Shown: piece after piece, positions 1 through 9,716 of the stretch
How positions within the stretch are numbered: position 1 is the stretch's first letter
Layout of the letters: the number at the start of each line of letters is the position of its first letter
Origin: a virus
Lineage: Duplodnaviria > Caudoviricetes
DNA: 64,000 nucleotides
Direction: 5' to 3' (one strand)
IMG/VR virus record: IMGVR_UViG_3300021442_000250
Location: 1 to 64,000 of that record
Translations under genes and position numbers: made by a program
Notes under the pieces: model-generated
Told to the model about the DNA's origin: nothing
Seen by the model: only the letters and a program-made list of their open reading frames with translations
Database searches by the model: none

Positions 1-1004
1 CTGAATTAAGATTAACACCTATCTTGCAACAACAAGGTAATCAAGTTTTAACAGCAATAACTCAAATGCGAAGTATGACAGAGTTTGGTAAAGGATTAAC
101 TGAAGCTCAAAAAACTCAACAACGATCAATGGAATCTTCCGATAAAGCAATGGCAGGATTAAGACAATCATTCCAAAGACTAGCAAATATATTAATCACT
201 ATGTTAGCACCAGCTATTGAATTTATATCTGGAGGATTTAATCTAATAGCAGGTATGTTAGAAAAAGTTACTAGAGGTGGAGATAATAGTTTACTAGGAT
301 TTGGATTAGCAATAGGTGGAGCAGTTTTAGCCATAAAAGCATTAGGAGTTGCCGCAACATTATTAAAAGGTACGTTCGGTATGCTAGGTCGTCTTGGTGG
401 AATTGGTAGAGCAGGTGGCGGTGCTGGTGCGATGGGAATGACTGGTGCAATGAGAGCCGCTGGAACACCTGGTGGAGCCGCTGGAGTAATAGGCGGTGGT
501 GCGGCAATTGGTGCTGGCGTAGGCTTAATGGGATTATTAGGTGGTGCTGGTATTGGTGCTGGTTTATTTTTAACTGGAAAAGGTTTAGGAGTTGTAGCTG
601 AAGGTTTAGAAAGAATTACAAGTATTAAAAAAGACGATTTAACTCAAATTGTAAAAGATATTGGTTCACTAACAACAACGTTTGTAGATTTAAATGCCAA
701 TTCTGGAGAATTTTCAAGCAATATGGCAACGTTTGCATCTACCATAAATGAAGCGGCAAAAGGACTTGACACAGCTCCAATTGTAGAGTATACTAAAAAC
801 TTAAAGGAATTAGGAGACAAAACTTTGGAAGTTAATTCAAAACTTGCATCTACAACAGCAGGCACCGGGAAGGTTACAGGAGATAAGCTAGATTCGTTAA
901 ATAGTACTATGCTTGAGATCTTAATGGTATTGACAGACAATACAAAGTATGCTAGAATTACTTCTAAGAAAGATTTTGAAGGCAATTTAATGAAAATAGT
1001 ATAA
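1..1004 (+). CDS. C-terminal part of a tape-measure-like / tail protein (5'-truncated by the window edge)
   Basis: Frame is open from position 3 to the stop at 1004. Ala/Gly/Leu-rich helical stretches with hydrophobic segments and heptad-like repeats; directly upstream of the portal gene. Confidence 0.5.
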   Translation, partial: ELRLTPILQQQGNQVLTAITQMRSMTEFGKGLTEAQKTQQRSMESSDKAMAGLRQSFQRLANILITMLAPAIEFISGGFNLIAGMLEKVTRGGDNSLLGFGLAIGGAVLAIKALGVAATLLKGTFGMLGRLGGIGRAGGGAGAMGMTGAMRAAGTPGGAAGVIGGGAAIGAGVGLMGLLGGAGIGAGLFLTGKGLGVVAEGLERITSIKKDDLTQIVKDIGSLTTTFVDLNANSGEFSSNMATFASTINEAAKGLDTAPIVEYTKNLKELGDKTLEVNSKLASTTAGTGKVTGDKLDSLNSTMLEILMVLTDNTKYARITSKKDFEGNLMKIV

Positions 1005-1008
1005 TCAT

Positions 1009-2742
1009 ATGAGTTGGAAAAAATATTTTACGCAAGTACCGGTTAGAAATTCACAAACAGGACAAATGAGTCCCGTTGGTAGTTCTTCAGGTATGCCTAC
1101 TGGTCCAGCAAAAACTAATTATTCATCTTTTTTACCTGATGTTTATAGTGGTGCACCTAATAGAATTGAAAGATACGGTCAATATAATGTAATGGATCTT
1201 GATTCTGAAGTTAATGCGGCTTTAGATATTTTAGCAGAATTTTGTTCACAATTAAACAAATCTAATGACGTTCCTTTTATATTTCACTTTAAACAAAAAG
1301 CAACTAGCACAGAAATTCAAATTATAAAACAATACTTACAACAATGGTGTAAATTAAACAACTTTAACAAAAGAATGTTTAAAATATTAAGAAATGTATT
1401 CAAATACGGTGATGCATTTTTTCTTAGAGACCCTGAAACTAAAAAATTGTTTCACGTTGACCCAGCAAAAGTTAGTAAAGTAATTGTAAATGAAAGTACA
1501 GGTAAAGAACCAGAACAATATATTGTTAGAGACATTAATTTTAATTTTAAACATTTAGTTGCTACTACACCTTTTCAAACTACAGGAAATATTACTGGGG
1601 GAGGTAGTGGATACTTAACAGGTGGCGTTAGAGGAATGGTAGGAGCAAACTTCCAAGACTCTCCAGGAACAAGATTTGCTCATGGACAAAGAGAAATTGC
1701 TGTAGGTGCCGAACATATGTTACACTTATCATTAAGTGAAGGTTTAGATAATAACTTTCCATTTGGAAATAGCTTACTTGAATCAATTTTTAAAGTTTAT
1801 AAACAAAAAGAATTACTAGAAGATGCAATTATAATTTATAGAGTACAGAGAGCACCGGAAAGACGGGTATTCTATATTGACGTAGGTAATATGCCAAGTC
1901 ACCTTGCAATGCAATTCGTTGAAAGAGTTAAGACTGAAATTCATCAACGAAGAATTCCATCAGCAACAGGTGGCGGGCAGAACGTCATTGATAGTGCATA
2001 CAATCCTTTATCGATAAATGAGGATTATTTCTTCCCACAAACAGCAGAAGGAAGAGGATCTAAAGTAGAAACACTACCAGGTGGAACTAATTTAGGTGAA
2101 ATAGACGATTTAAAATACTTTACAAACAAACTTGTAAGAGGTTTACGTATTCCTAGCTCATATTTGCCAACAGGTCCTGACGATAGTCAAGCACAACACA
2201 ACGATGGCAGAGTAGGAACAGCATATATTCAAGAATTAAGATTTAACAAGTACTGTGAAAGACTACAAAACTTACTTGCTGAAGATTTTAATCAAGAATT
2301 TAAAAAATATCTATTAGAAAAAGGTGTTAACATAGATATTGCTATGTTTGATATTAAATTTCAAAATCCTATAAATTTTGCAAGTTATAGACAAGCAGAA
2401 GTAGATAATAGTAGAATAGCAACGTATTCTCAGTTAGCAAGTATTCCTTTTATATCTAAAAGATATGCTTTAGCAAGATTTTTAGGTTTAACGCCAGAAG
2501 AAATGGCTGAAAATGAAAGATTATGGCGTGAAGAAAATGAATTAGAAGCACAAATTAAACCAACATCTGCGGCAGGTGAATTAAGAACACAAGGAATTAG
2601 TACAGCAGGTATAGAACAGGATTTAGCAGGAGCAGAAGCAGAGGCTGAAGAACCAGCACCTGAAGGAGGCGCTTCTCCAACACCTCAACAAGGTGGAGCA
2701 CCAGTAACACCACCTGGCGGAACTCCGACGCCTGGCGCATAA
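1009..2742 (+). CDS. gp20: Portal vertex protein, T4 gp20-like
   Basis: Hallmark motifs LLEDAIIIYRVQRAPERRVFYIDVGNMP, EDYFFPQTAEGRGSKVETLPGGTNLGEIDDLKYF and ELRFNKYCERLQ. Confidence 0.95.
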   Translation: MSWKKYFTQVPVRNSQTGQMSPVGSSSGMPTGPAKTNYSSFLPDVYSGAPNRIERYGQYNVMDLDSEVNAALDILAEFCSQLNKSNDVPFIFHFKQKATSTEIQIIKQYLQQWCKLNNFNKRMFKILRNVFKYGDAFFLRDPETKKLFHVDPAKVSKVIVNESTGKEPEQYIVRDINFNFKHLVATTPFQTTGNITGGGSGYLTGGVRGMVGANFQDSPGTRFAHGQREIAVGAEHMLHLSLSEGLDNNFPFGNSLLESIFKVYKQKELLEDAIIIYRVQRAPERRVFYIDVGNMPSHLAMQFVERVKTEIHQRRIPSATGGGQNVIDSAYNPLSINEDYFFPQTAEGRGSKVETLPGGTNLGEIDDLKYFTNKLVRGLRIPSSYLPTGPDDSQAQHNDGRVGTAYIQELRFNKYCERLQNLLAEDFNQEFKKYLLEKGVNIDIAMFDIKFQNPINFASYRQAEVDNSRIATYSQLASIPFISKRYALARFLGLTPEEMAENERLWREENELEAQIKPTSAAGELRTQGISTAGIEQDLAGAEAEAEEPAPEGGASPTPQQGGAPVTPPGGTPTPGA

Positions 2743-2753
2743 ATATTGATACA

Positions 2754-2993
2754 ATGATATTACGAGAGTTATTTTATTTTGATAAAGACACTATGCAACC
2801 TGTAGACAACAAAAGCTACGAGGTAGGAAGTGATGAGTCTGTAATGGGCATTGAAGACACTAGAAAAACTAGACTTTCTTTACGTCAAATTAACAGAGCA
2901 AGAAAAGCCGGAGAGTTTCATAAAGAAGAACAAATGAAAGAGTTAGAACTTGTAAGAAATATGTACGGCGCCGCTAATCAACCAGAGATGTAA
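2754..2993 (+). CDS. Hypothetical head-module protein (79 aa)
   Basis: Fills the gap after the portal; CATAAATA late-promoter motif at 2738-2745. Confidence 0.7.
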   Translation: MILRELFYFDKDTMQPVDNKSYEVGSDESVMGIEDTRKTRLSLRQINRARKAGEFHKEEQMKELELVRNMYGAANQPEM

Positions 2994-2996
2994 TCT

Positions 2997-3593
2997 ATGT
3001 CCGTTGCTTTTGTATTGGGCAATGGTATCAGTAGAAAAGTAATTCCACTAGAACCATTAAAAAATAAAGGTAAAATATACGGCTGTAATGCCATATATAG
3101 AGATTATCCTGGCTTATGTGACCATATTGTTGCAGTAGACTCTAAAATGGTCTTTGAACTAGTTGAAAATAACATTCCTAATAAAACTCCAGTATGGACA
3201 AACCCCAATAGATCATATAAAAAGTTTCAACACTTAAATTTCTTTGAACCTAGTTTAGGTTGGAGCTCTGGTCCTACTGCTTTACACTTGGCTAGTCTAC
3301 ATAGACACAACCTTATCTACATTTTAGGCTTTGACTTCATGGGTACACCTGAAGGTAAACATAATAATTTGTATTCAGATTCTAAAAATTATAAAAAAAG
3401 TTCTGATGTAGCAACCTACCATGGTAATTGGAATCGACAAACTTGTATCATCTTACAAAAAAATGCCGCGAAAACTTATATTCGTGTGGTTGCCGATCGG
3501 TCAGATCCTACATTTAAGGCTGTAGATCTTAAGAAATTTACAAATTATCATGAATTAAAAGTTTCTGAATTCAAACAAAGATACAATCTATAA
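2997..3593 (+). CDS. Maf/DUF115/CstII(GT42)-like Rossmann protein, putative glycosyltransferase
   Basis: Motif series AFVLGNGxS...IYGCNA...VAVD...SSGPTALHLA...IYILGFDF parallels CstII/Maf-type IAGNGPS...RCN...TSG...IYLxGxDF. Confidence 0.55.
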   Translation: MSVAFVLGNGISRKVIPLEPLKNKGKIYGCNAIYRDYPGLCDHIVAVDSKMVFELVENNIPNKTPVWTNPNRSYKKFQHLNFFEPSLGWSSGPTALHLASLHRHNLIYILGFDFMGTPEGKHNNLYSDSKNYKKSSDVATYHGNWNRQTCIILQKNAAKTYIRVVADRSDPTFKAVDLKKFTNYHELKVSEFKQRYNL

Positions 3594-3698
3594 TTTTTGT
3601 TCAAAAAAGGGCCTGTTGGGCCTGTTTCGACTAAAAAATAACGATTTTGTGTAAATAAATGGACGGACAGTCTAGAATACACTTAACAGGAGAAAAAA

Positions 3699-4784
3699 AT
3701 GTCAGATAAAAAAGAAAATACATCTGTAAAAGCTGAAGCTGTGGAAGGCCCTAGTAAATTTGAGCAAATGCTTGAAAAACTAGTTGCTGATGACAGAACA
3801 GGCGCGGATGATCTATTCCACGAAATAGTGGTAGAAAAATCAAGAAGCATTTACGAAGACCTTTTGGAAGATGATCTTAAAGAAATTGAGACACCAGAGG
3901 CTAGTAAGGACGAAAAAACAGCTGAAGCTGTAACATCTGAAGATAAAAAAGAAGATGACAAAGCAGAAGCTGATGAAGATACAAAAGAAGCTACAAAAGA
4001 AGACGACAAGGAAGAAAAAGTTGAAGAAGTTGCTAAAGAAGATGATAAAAAAGACGAAGTAACTAAAGAAACACTTGTTGACATACAGCCAGTTGAACAA
4101 CCGGCTCCAGAAGTAGCAACAACACCAACTTCAGAAATAGGTATTGGCGGTGACGCAACAGACGACATGGTCGGTGATATTGAAGTAGACGGTGACAAAG
4201 ATAATGGCGACGAAGCGCCTTCAGGTGAAGAAGACCTAGAAGATCGTGTAGTTGACTTAGAAGATGCAATCGATGAGCTAAAAGCTGAATTTGACGCAAT
4301 GATGTCAGATGGTGGCGATGATGCAGAAGCTCCAGCAGACGACGAAGCTGGTGATGACGCAGAAGGCGACGACGATGCAGAGGGAGAAGCAGAAGCTACT
4401 TCCGAACTTGCAGGCAAAGAGCAAGAAATAGGACTACCTAAAGTAGAAAGTAAAACAGTTGAAGCAAAAGCTACAGCAACTCAATCACCTAGAGAGCAAA
4501 TGAGAGAATATGTTAATAAAGTAACAGCATCTAATACAGATGGTACTGATAATAGCAAATCTCCAGTTAATGCAGACGGTGGTAAAGGTTCAACAGCAAC
4601 AGCATCAGCGCCAAGTACTTCTACTAAAGAAGACTCAGGTAGTAAGGCACCTAAAGCAGGTGACTTATCTGGTGGAAATATAAACACACCAGGTTCTAGT
4701 GCAGGCTCTAAATTAAAACCAGCAAAGGCCAACAAAGCTGACGGAACTGATGGTTCTGCTAAGAAATCAGCTATTGGCAGTTAA
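3699..4784 (+). CDS. Highly acidic prohead core/scaffold-type protein
   Basis: Extremely D/E-rich, low-complexity 361 aa; SD AGGAG; lies between portal and protease, like T4 core proteins. Confidence 0.65.
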   Translation: MSDKKENTSVKAEAVEGPSKFEQMLEKLVADDRTGADDLFHEIVVEKSRSIYEDLLEDDLKEIETPEASKDEKTAEAVTSEDKKEDDKAEADEDTKEATKEDDKEEKVEEVAKEDDKKDEVTKETLVDIQPVEQPAPEVATTPTSEIGIGGDATDDMVGDIEVDGDKDNGDEAPSGEEDLEDRVVDLEDAIDELKAEFDAMMSDGGDDAEAPADDEAGDDAEGDDDAEGEAEATSELAGKEQEIGLPKVESKTVEAKATATQSPREQMREYVNKVTASNTDGTDNSKSPVNADGGKGSTATASAPSTSTKEDSGSKAPKAGDLSGGNINTPGSSAGSKLKPAKANKADGTDGSAKKSAIGS

Positions 4785-4814
4785 TAATAATAAGACAAGT
4801 AGGACATAGTATAG

Positions 4815-5447
4815 ATGATATCTTTACGTGAGACACTGACCTTCGACCAAGCTAAGATTGTCGTTGAGTCCAAAGATGAAAAGAGCGGGAAGTCCTTATA
4901 CATGAAGGGCATTTGTATCCAAGGTGGCGTTAAAAACGCTAACCAACGGGTATATCCTGTTAGTGAAATCCAACGGGCTGTCAGTACACTCAACGATCAA
5001 ATAGAAGGTGGTTATTCAGTTCTAGGTGAAGTTGATCATCCTGAAGGTCTTACAATAAATTTGGACCGTGTGTCCCATATGTTATCAAGTATGTGGATGG
5101 ACGGACCTAACGGATACGGAAAACTAAAAGTATTACCTACGCCGATGGGGAAACTAGTTGAAACAATGCTTAACAGCGGAGTTAAATTAGGAGTCTCATC
5201 GCGTGGTAGTGGTAATGTTCAAGAAGACGGCATGGGACCTTATGGTTCAGGTGAAGTTAAAGATTTTGAAATCATTACAGTTGATATCGTAGCTCAACCA
5301 AGTGCTCCGGGAGCCTATCCAACTCCCATTTATGAGCAATTATTGAATACTAGAGGTGGATATAAGGCTTTAAACATGGCAAAAGACAACGAGGCACAAA
5401 ATTATTTAAAGGATTCGTTAATTAACATAATTAACAAACTCCAATAA
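4815..5447 (+). CDS. gp21: Prohead protease, T4 gp21-like
   Basis: KNANQRVYP, LGEVDHP, LKVLPTPMG, GVSSRGSG and DIVAQPSAPGAY motifs. Confidence 0.93.
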   Translation: MISLRETLTFDQAKIVVESKDEKSGKSLYMKGICIQGGVKNANQRVYPVSEIQRAVSTLNDQIEGGYSVLGEVDHPEGLTINLDRVSHMLSSMWMDGPNGYGKLKVLPTPMGKLVETMLNSGVKLGVSSRGSGNVQEDGMGPYGSGEVKDFEIITVDIVAQPSAPGAYPTPIYEQLLNTRGGYKALNMAKDNEAQNYLKDSLINIINKLQ

Positions 5448-5462
5448 CATAAGGAGAAAATA

Positions 5463-6554
5463 ATGTTAGATGCACTAAAATCACTTTTTGAGAACGAAGC
5501 AATATCAAAAGAGATTAGAGCGGAAATAGAGTCAGCATGGGACAAGAAAGTTAGCGAAAGCCGACTGGAAGTTACTGCGGAACTTAGAGAAGAGTTTGCA
5601 AAGAAGTATGAGCACGATAAAGCAACATTAACTGATGCTGTAAATGCCATGGTTCAAGAAAAACTTGAAAAAGAAATCTCAGAGTTCGCCGATGACCGTA
5701 AACAACTGGCAGAGCAAAAAGCCAAGTATGCGGTTCATATGAAAGAACATTCAGATAATTTGAAAAAGTTTGTTTTCGAACAACTTAAATCTGAAATTGC
5801 TGAACTACACGAAGACCAAAAAGTTATGGCAGGTAATTTTGCTAAACTTGAGGATTTTGTGGTTGACGCTTTATCTAAAGAAATTGCGGAGTTCCACGAA
5901 GACAAGAAAGACGTTGCTGAAACAAAAGTACGTCTAATTCGTGAAGCAAAGGCACATTTTGAAAAAGTAAGACAAAACTTTATTAAGAAAGGCGCTGAAA
6001 AAGTATCGGAAGTAGTTGGTAAACACTTGAAAAAAGAAATTTCCCAACTAAAAGACGATATTGATGCATCACGTAAGAACGACTTTGGTCGTAGATTGTT
6101 TGAGGTTTATGCAGGAGAATATACTAATTCATTCTTGAATAGCAAATCTGAAACATCTAAACTTTTAAAAGTTGTAGATATAACAAAACAACAATTAGAA
6201 GACGCGAAGAAAACAGCCGGAGATAAAGAAAAGATTATCGAATCTAAACAATCAGAAATCGATGGTCTTAAAAATAAGGCTGAAAGAGAATCTGTAGTTA
6301 ATGAGTTAATTACACCATTAAACACAGAACAAAAAGAAATAATGACGAATTTACTGGAGAGCGTAGACACTGGAAAATTGCGTAAGCAATTTGACAAATA
6401 TATGCCCGCTGTAATAAACGGTAGGACGCCAGCGAAAAAGGCAAGCTCAAGTATAGGCACAGAAATAACAGGCGATAAAATTGAAAATAACATTGGTAAT
6501 GTGAGTCAATTCAATAGAAATATTGTAGATATAAAAAGACTCGCAGGAATCTAA
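5463..6554 (+). CDS. gp22: Prohead core scaffold protein, T4 gp22-like
   Basis: Long E/K-rich coiled coil between gp21 and gp23; SD AAGGAG. Confidence 0.8.
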   Translation: MLDALKSLFENEAISKEIRAEIESAWDKKVSESRLEVTAELREEFAKKYEHDKATLTDAVNAMVQEKLEKEISEFADDRKQLAEQKAKYAVHMKEHSDNLKKFVFEQLKSEIAELHEDQKVMAGNFAKLEDFVVDALSKEIAEFHEDKKDVAETKVRLIREAKAHFEKVRQNFIKKGAEKVSEVVGKHLKKEISQLKDDIDASRKNDFGRRLFEVYAGEYTNSFLNSKSETSKLLKVVDITKQQLEDAKKTAGDKEKIIESKQSEIDGLKNKAERESVVNELITPLNTEQKEIMTNLLESVDTGKLRKQFDKYMPAVINGRTPAKKASSSIGTEITGDKIENNIGNVSQFNRNIVDIKRLAGI

Positions 6555-6571
6555 AAAGGAGAAAAAACACA

Positions 6572-7744
6572 ATGTCAGAACTAACAGAAACACGCTGGCA
6601 GGATACAAAGAGTGCGTTACTTGAAGGCCTAGCAGGCAATAAAAAGTCTGTAATGGAAGCAACCTTAGAAAATACTAGAAAGTATTTGGCAGAGGCGGCA
6701 ACAGCTGGAGCAACTTCGGCTGGTAACGTAGCTACTTTAAACAGAGTGATCCTACCGGTAATTAGACGGGTTATGCCGACTGTAATAGCTAACGAATTGG
6801 TTGGAGTTCAACCGATGACTGGCCCAGTTGGTCAAATCCACACACTAAGAGTTAGATATGCTGATGCCAACGACGCAACAGGTGGCGACAATGACGTTAC
6901 TGCAGGCGAAGAGGCATTATCACCATTCAAAATAGGTCAAGCCTATTCTGGAGACAAAACTGCTGGAAAAGGTGGCGGAACAGCCGGCTTAGAAGGTACA
7001 GGTGGTAACAGACTATCAATTCAAATCTTGAAACAGGTTGTAGAAGCCAAAACTAGAAAATTATCAGCTAGATGGACTTTTGAATCTGCTCAAGATGCTC
7101 AAGCACAGCAAGGTGTAGACGTAGAAGCAGAAATTATGGCGGCATTAGCCCAAGAAATTACTGCTGAAATTGATCAAGAAGTAATTAATTCTTTAAGATC
7201 TCTAGCACCTACAGAAGAAGCATATGACCAAGCGGCGGTATCAGGAACTGCTACATTCGTTGGTGATGAACACGCGGCTTTGGCTGTAATGATTAACAGA
7301 GTAGCAAACAAGATAGCTCAACGTACAAGACGTGGTGCTGGTAACTGGACTGTAGTAAGCCCTCACGCTTTAACAGTTCTTCAATCAGCAACAACTTCAG
7401 CGTTCGCAAGAACAACTGAAGGAACTTTCGAAGCACCTACTAACCAAAAAATGGTTGGTACTTTAAATGGTTCAATGAAAGTGTACGCTGACACATACGC
7501 GGCTGACGGAACGGCTGTATTAGTAGGATATAAAGGCTCGTCTGAAGCAGACGCGGCGGCATTCTACTGCCCATACATACCGTTAATGTCAAGTGGTGTT
7601 GTTCTTGATCCAGGTACTTTCGAACCAGTTGTATCTTTTATGACTAGATACGGCTACGTAGAATTGTCAAACACTGCATCATCTTTAGGTAATGCGGCTG
7701 ACTACTTGGGAGAGATCTCTGTTGCGAACGTAACTTTTGCGTAA
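6572..7744 (+). CDS. gp23: Major capsid protein, T4 gp23-like
   Basis: LENT...VIRRVMP.VIA.ELVGVQPMTGPVGQI, VEAKTRKL.A.WT.E.AQD, RRGAGN, GYKG, FYCPYIPL, FMTRYG. Confidence 0.96.
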   Translation: MSELTETRWQDTKSALLEGLAGNKKSVMEATLENTRKYLAEAATAGATSAGNVATLNRVILPVIRRVMPTVIANELVGVQPMTGPVGQIHTLRVRYADANDATGGDNDVTAGEEALSPFKIGQAYSGDKTAGKGGGTAGLEGTGGNRLSIQILKQVVEAKTRKLSARWTFESAQDAQAQQGVDVEAEIMAALAQEITAEIDQEVINSLRSLAPTEEAYDQAAVSGTATFVGDEHAALAVMINRVANKIAQRTRRGAGNWTVVSPHALTVLQSATTSAFARTTEGTFEAPTNQKMVGTLNGSMKVYADTYAADGTAVLVGYKGSSEADAAAFYCPYIPLMSSGVVLDPGTFEPVVSFMTRYGYVELSNTASSLGNAADYLGEISVANVTFA

Positions 7745-7768
7745 TCAACGAGTAGAACAGAATACGAG

Positions 7769-7796
7769 AAAAGGCGGCTTTCGGGTCGCCTTTTTT
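7769..7796 (+). terminator. Intrinsic terminator after the capsid gene
   Basis: AGGCGGCT-TTCG-GGTCGCCT hairpin (UUCG loop) followed by a T-tract. Confidence 0.9.
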
Positions 7797-7968
7797 CACG
7801 ATTAAACTACCTTACAACCTTTAATATCTATACACTTAATAAAACAAACCATTATTTTTGATGTCTGTCAAAAATGTATAGTTTTATCTTTCAGAATACC
7901 TTTACCTAAATAATGACACGTTCCCAAGTTTAGAGGAATGTAATTTAAATTTGTAAAGGAGGTCCACA

Positions 7969-8202
7969 ATGGATATTTTACAAAAAGTTAAAGGATGGGC
8001 AAAAGGAATTGCTGATGTTGGTGTATCTTTCATCGCATTAGGAATTGTTTTAGAAATTCTTTTCAACGGTCAAGGTATTCCGTTCTGGCCAAATGTTTCT
8101 GTGATAGGAAATGTACAGGGCGTACTCTCTGGATTTAGTGATCAAGGATTACTAGGTTTAGTAGCGGTTTGGATACTATATCATATCTTCAATAGAAAAT
8201 AA
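7969..8202 (+). CDS. Small membrane protein (77 aa)
   Basis: Strong SD AAAGGAGG, two hydrophobic segments, basic C-terminus. Confidence 0.8.
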   Translation: MDILQKVKGWAKGIADVGVSFIALGIVLEILFNGQGIPFWPNVSVIGNVQGVLSGFSDQGLLGLVAVWILYHIFNRK

Positions 8203-8228
8203 TATAGATTTAGATAACTTAACCTAAT

Positions 8229-8257
8229 CTTGGGTGGTACTAATGGTGCCACCTAAG
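8229..8257 (+). terminator. 12-bp hairpin after the membrane-protein gene (terminator or stabiliser)
   Basis: CTTGGGTGGTAC-TAATG-GTGCCACCTAAG with G-U pairs; no clear U-tract. Confidence 0.5.
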
Positions 8258-8265
8258 CAATAACT

Positions 8266-8367
8266 ATGATTACTTTATTCATTTTATCAAAACTTGGAAT
8301 TCAAATATCATTAATCGTAATACTCACCAACATATTCTCTAGCATATTAGGGTTTACTTTTTGGTAA
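8266..8367 (+). CDS. Possible 33-aa hydrophobic peptide (not in the ORF track)
   Basis: Hand translation MITLFILSKLGIQISLIVILTNIFSSILGFTFW*; fills the gap but has no clear SD. Confidence 0.25.
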   Translation: MITLFILSKLGIQISLIVILTNIFSSILGFTFW

Positions 8368-8375
8368 ACCAAAAC

Positions 8376-8403
8376 TTGACTTTCTACCAAAATACGTTAT
8401 AAT
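8376..8403 (+). promoter_or_regulatory. Sigma70-type (early/middle) promoter
   Basis: TTGACT-16 bp-TATAAT; the ATG at 8410 follows after 6 intervening nt. Confidence 0.75.
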
Positions 8404-8409
8404 GTAAGT

Positions 8410-8601
8410 ATGAAAACAATAGCTATATTTTTTCTTTCGTTGTTTGTATTAACAGCTTGTTCAGTAAAAAATCCTGCATTAGATTTAGGTAAAAGATGTA
8501 TGCAAAAAGGTGACCAAATTGTATATTCTTACCTTTGGGTTTATGACAAAGAAGCTGGAAATAAAGCAACAAAAGAAATGTGCGATCAAATCGCAGAATA
8601 A
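8410..8601 (+). CDS. Small lipoprotein (63 aa)
   Basis: MK + hydrophobic core + LTAC lipobox; two further Cys. Confidence 0.8.
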   Translation: MKTIAIFFLSLFVLTACSVKNPALDLGKRCMQKGDQIVYSYLWVYDKEAGNKATKEMCDQIAE

Positions 8602-8607
8602 ACATAA

Positions 8608-9411
8608 ATGGACTTACTCCAGCCGATCTTTGTCAACCAATCTGGTGAAACATATGAAGCTGGATTAGGCCCAGACAATTCAAGTTATAGTCTTAAAGAC
8701 ATTAACAACAGAATTCAAACAGACATAGACTCTGGTCTAGAAGATTTTCTATTATTCATAACACCTAATAAAAAAACTTGGACACCTGATTGGAAATTCC
8801 AAGCAGAAGTTGTAAACAAAATTAAAACAAAATTCCCAAAAATACAATTAAGTGTAGATGTATGTTTATGTTCAACACTACCAGATGGTCATTGTTGCGT
8901 ATTAGATAAACCTGATACTAGTGAACAATTATTAGTAAGTTTAGGAAAACAATTAGAGTCTGCTGGAGCAGATGTTTTAGCACCAAGTGATATGGGAGAA
9001 AATACAGTTAAAAATCTTAAAGCAGAAACATCTAAATTAATAATGGCATATGTAAAATGGAGAAGTGTATTTTATAGTACATTTAGAGATGTATCAGATA
9101 GTAAACCTTCTAGTGAAAGAACTTATCAATTAAATGTTAAAAATGAATGGGGTATGACATCACGATCACATCAATATGTGGCCGATGGTGCAGATGCATT
9201 ATTATTAAAACCTGCAAGTCATAGTATGGATATATTTGGATTAGTTAAAGCAGGAACATACAAACAAGTTGGACTATTTCAAGTATCAGATGAATATGTA
9301 GGACTACCTACCATTGCACATCAATTAGAAATTGCAACAATATACAAAAGGGCTGGTGCGTCCTTTTTAGTGACATATGGCGCTAGAAACCTGGTGAAAA
9401 AGCTGGTATAA
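8608..9411 (+). CDS. hemB: Porphobilinogen synthase / ALA dehydratase-like (shortened)
   Basis: Zn motif DVCLCSTLPDGHCC, GADVLAPSDM, MAYVKW..FY..FRD (first Lys) and GADALLLKPA (Schiff-base Lys), RAGA..LVTY.A. Confidence 0.85.
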   Translation: MDLLQPIFVNQSGETYEAGLGPDNSSYSLKDINNRIQTDIDSGLEDFLLFITPNKKTWTPDWKFQAEVVNKIKTKFPKIQLSVDVCLCSTLPDGHCCVLDKPDTSEQLLVSLGKQLESAGADVLAPSDMGENTVKNLKAETSKLIMAYVKWRSVFYSTFRDVSDSKPSSERTYQLNVKNEWGMTSRSHQYVADGADALLLKPASHSMDIFGLVKAGTYKQVGLFQVSDEYVGLPTIAHQLEIATIYKRAGASFLVTYGARNLVKKLV

Positions 9412-9434
9412 TTTCATTACTTGTAAATATTTGT

Positions 9435-9716
9435 ATGATAGAAATAGATTCAAATCAATTGTATGATGAGTATTCAGAATACAGAAACAGACTAAAAGTT
9501 TGGAAGAGAAATCATGGCATTTTTATCAAAGATATTCAAAAATTAGAACGAACAGTAGATACATTATTAAATGAAAGATTAGATGAATTAATAATGTTAA
9601 GACAAACTAAAAGACAAATTTACCAAGAACGTGCTGATCTAAAACTACAACAAGCAATTAATTCCTTAAAATATTTCAGTAAAATAGAGCTTTTGGCTTC
9701 CCTCTCAAAAGGATAA
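9435..9716 (+). CDS. Hypothetical helical protein (93 aa)
   Basis: ORF with TGTAAATA late-type motif at 9422-9429. Confidence 0.65.
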   Translation: MIEIDSNQLYDEYSEYRNRLKVWKRNHGIFIKDIQKLERTVDTLLNERLDELIMLRQTKRQIYQERADLKLQQAINSLKYFSKIELLASLSKG

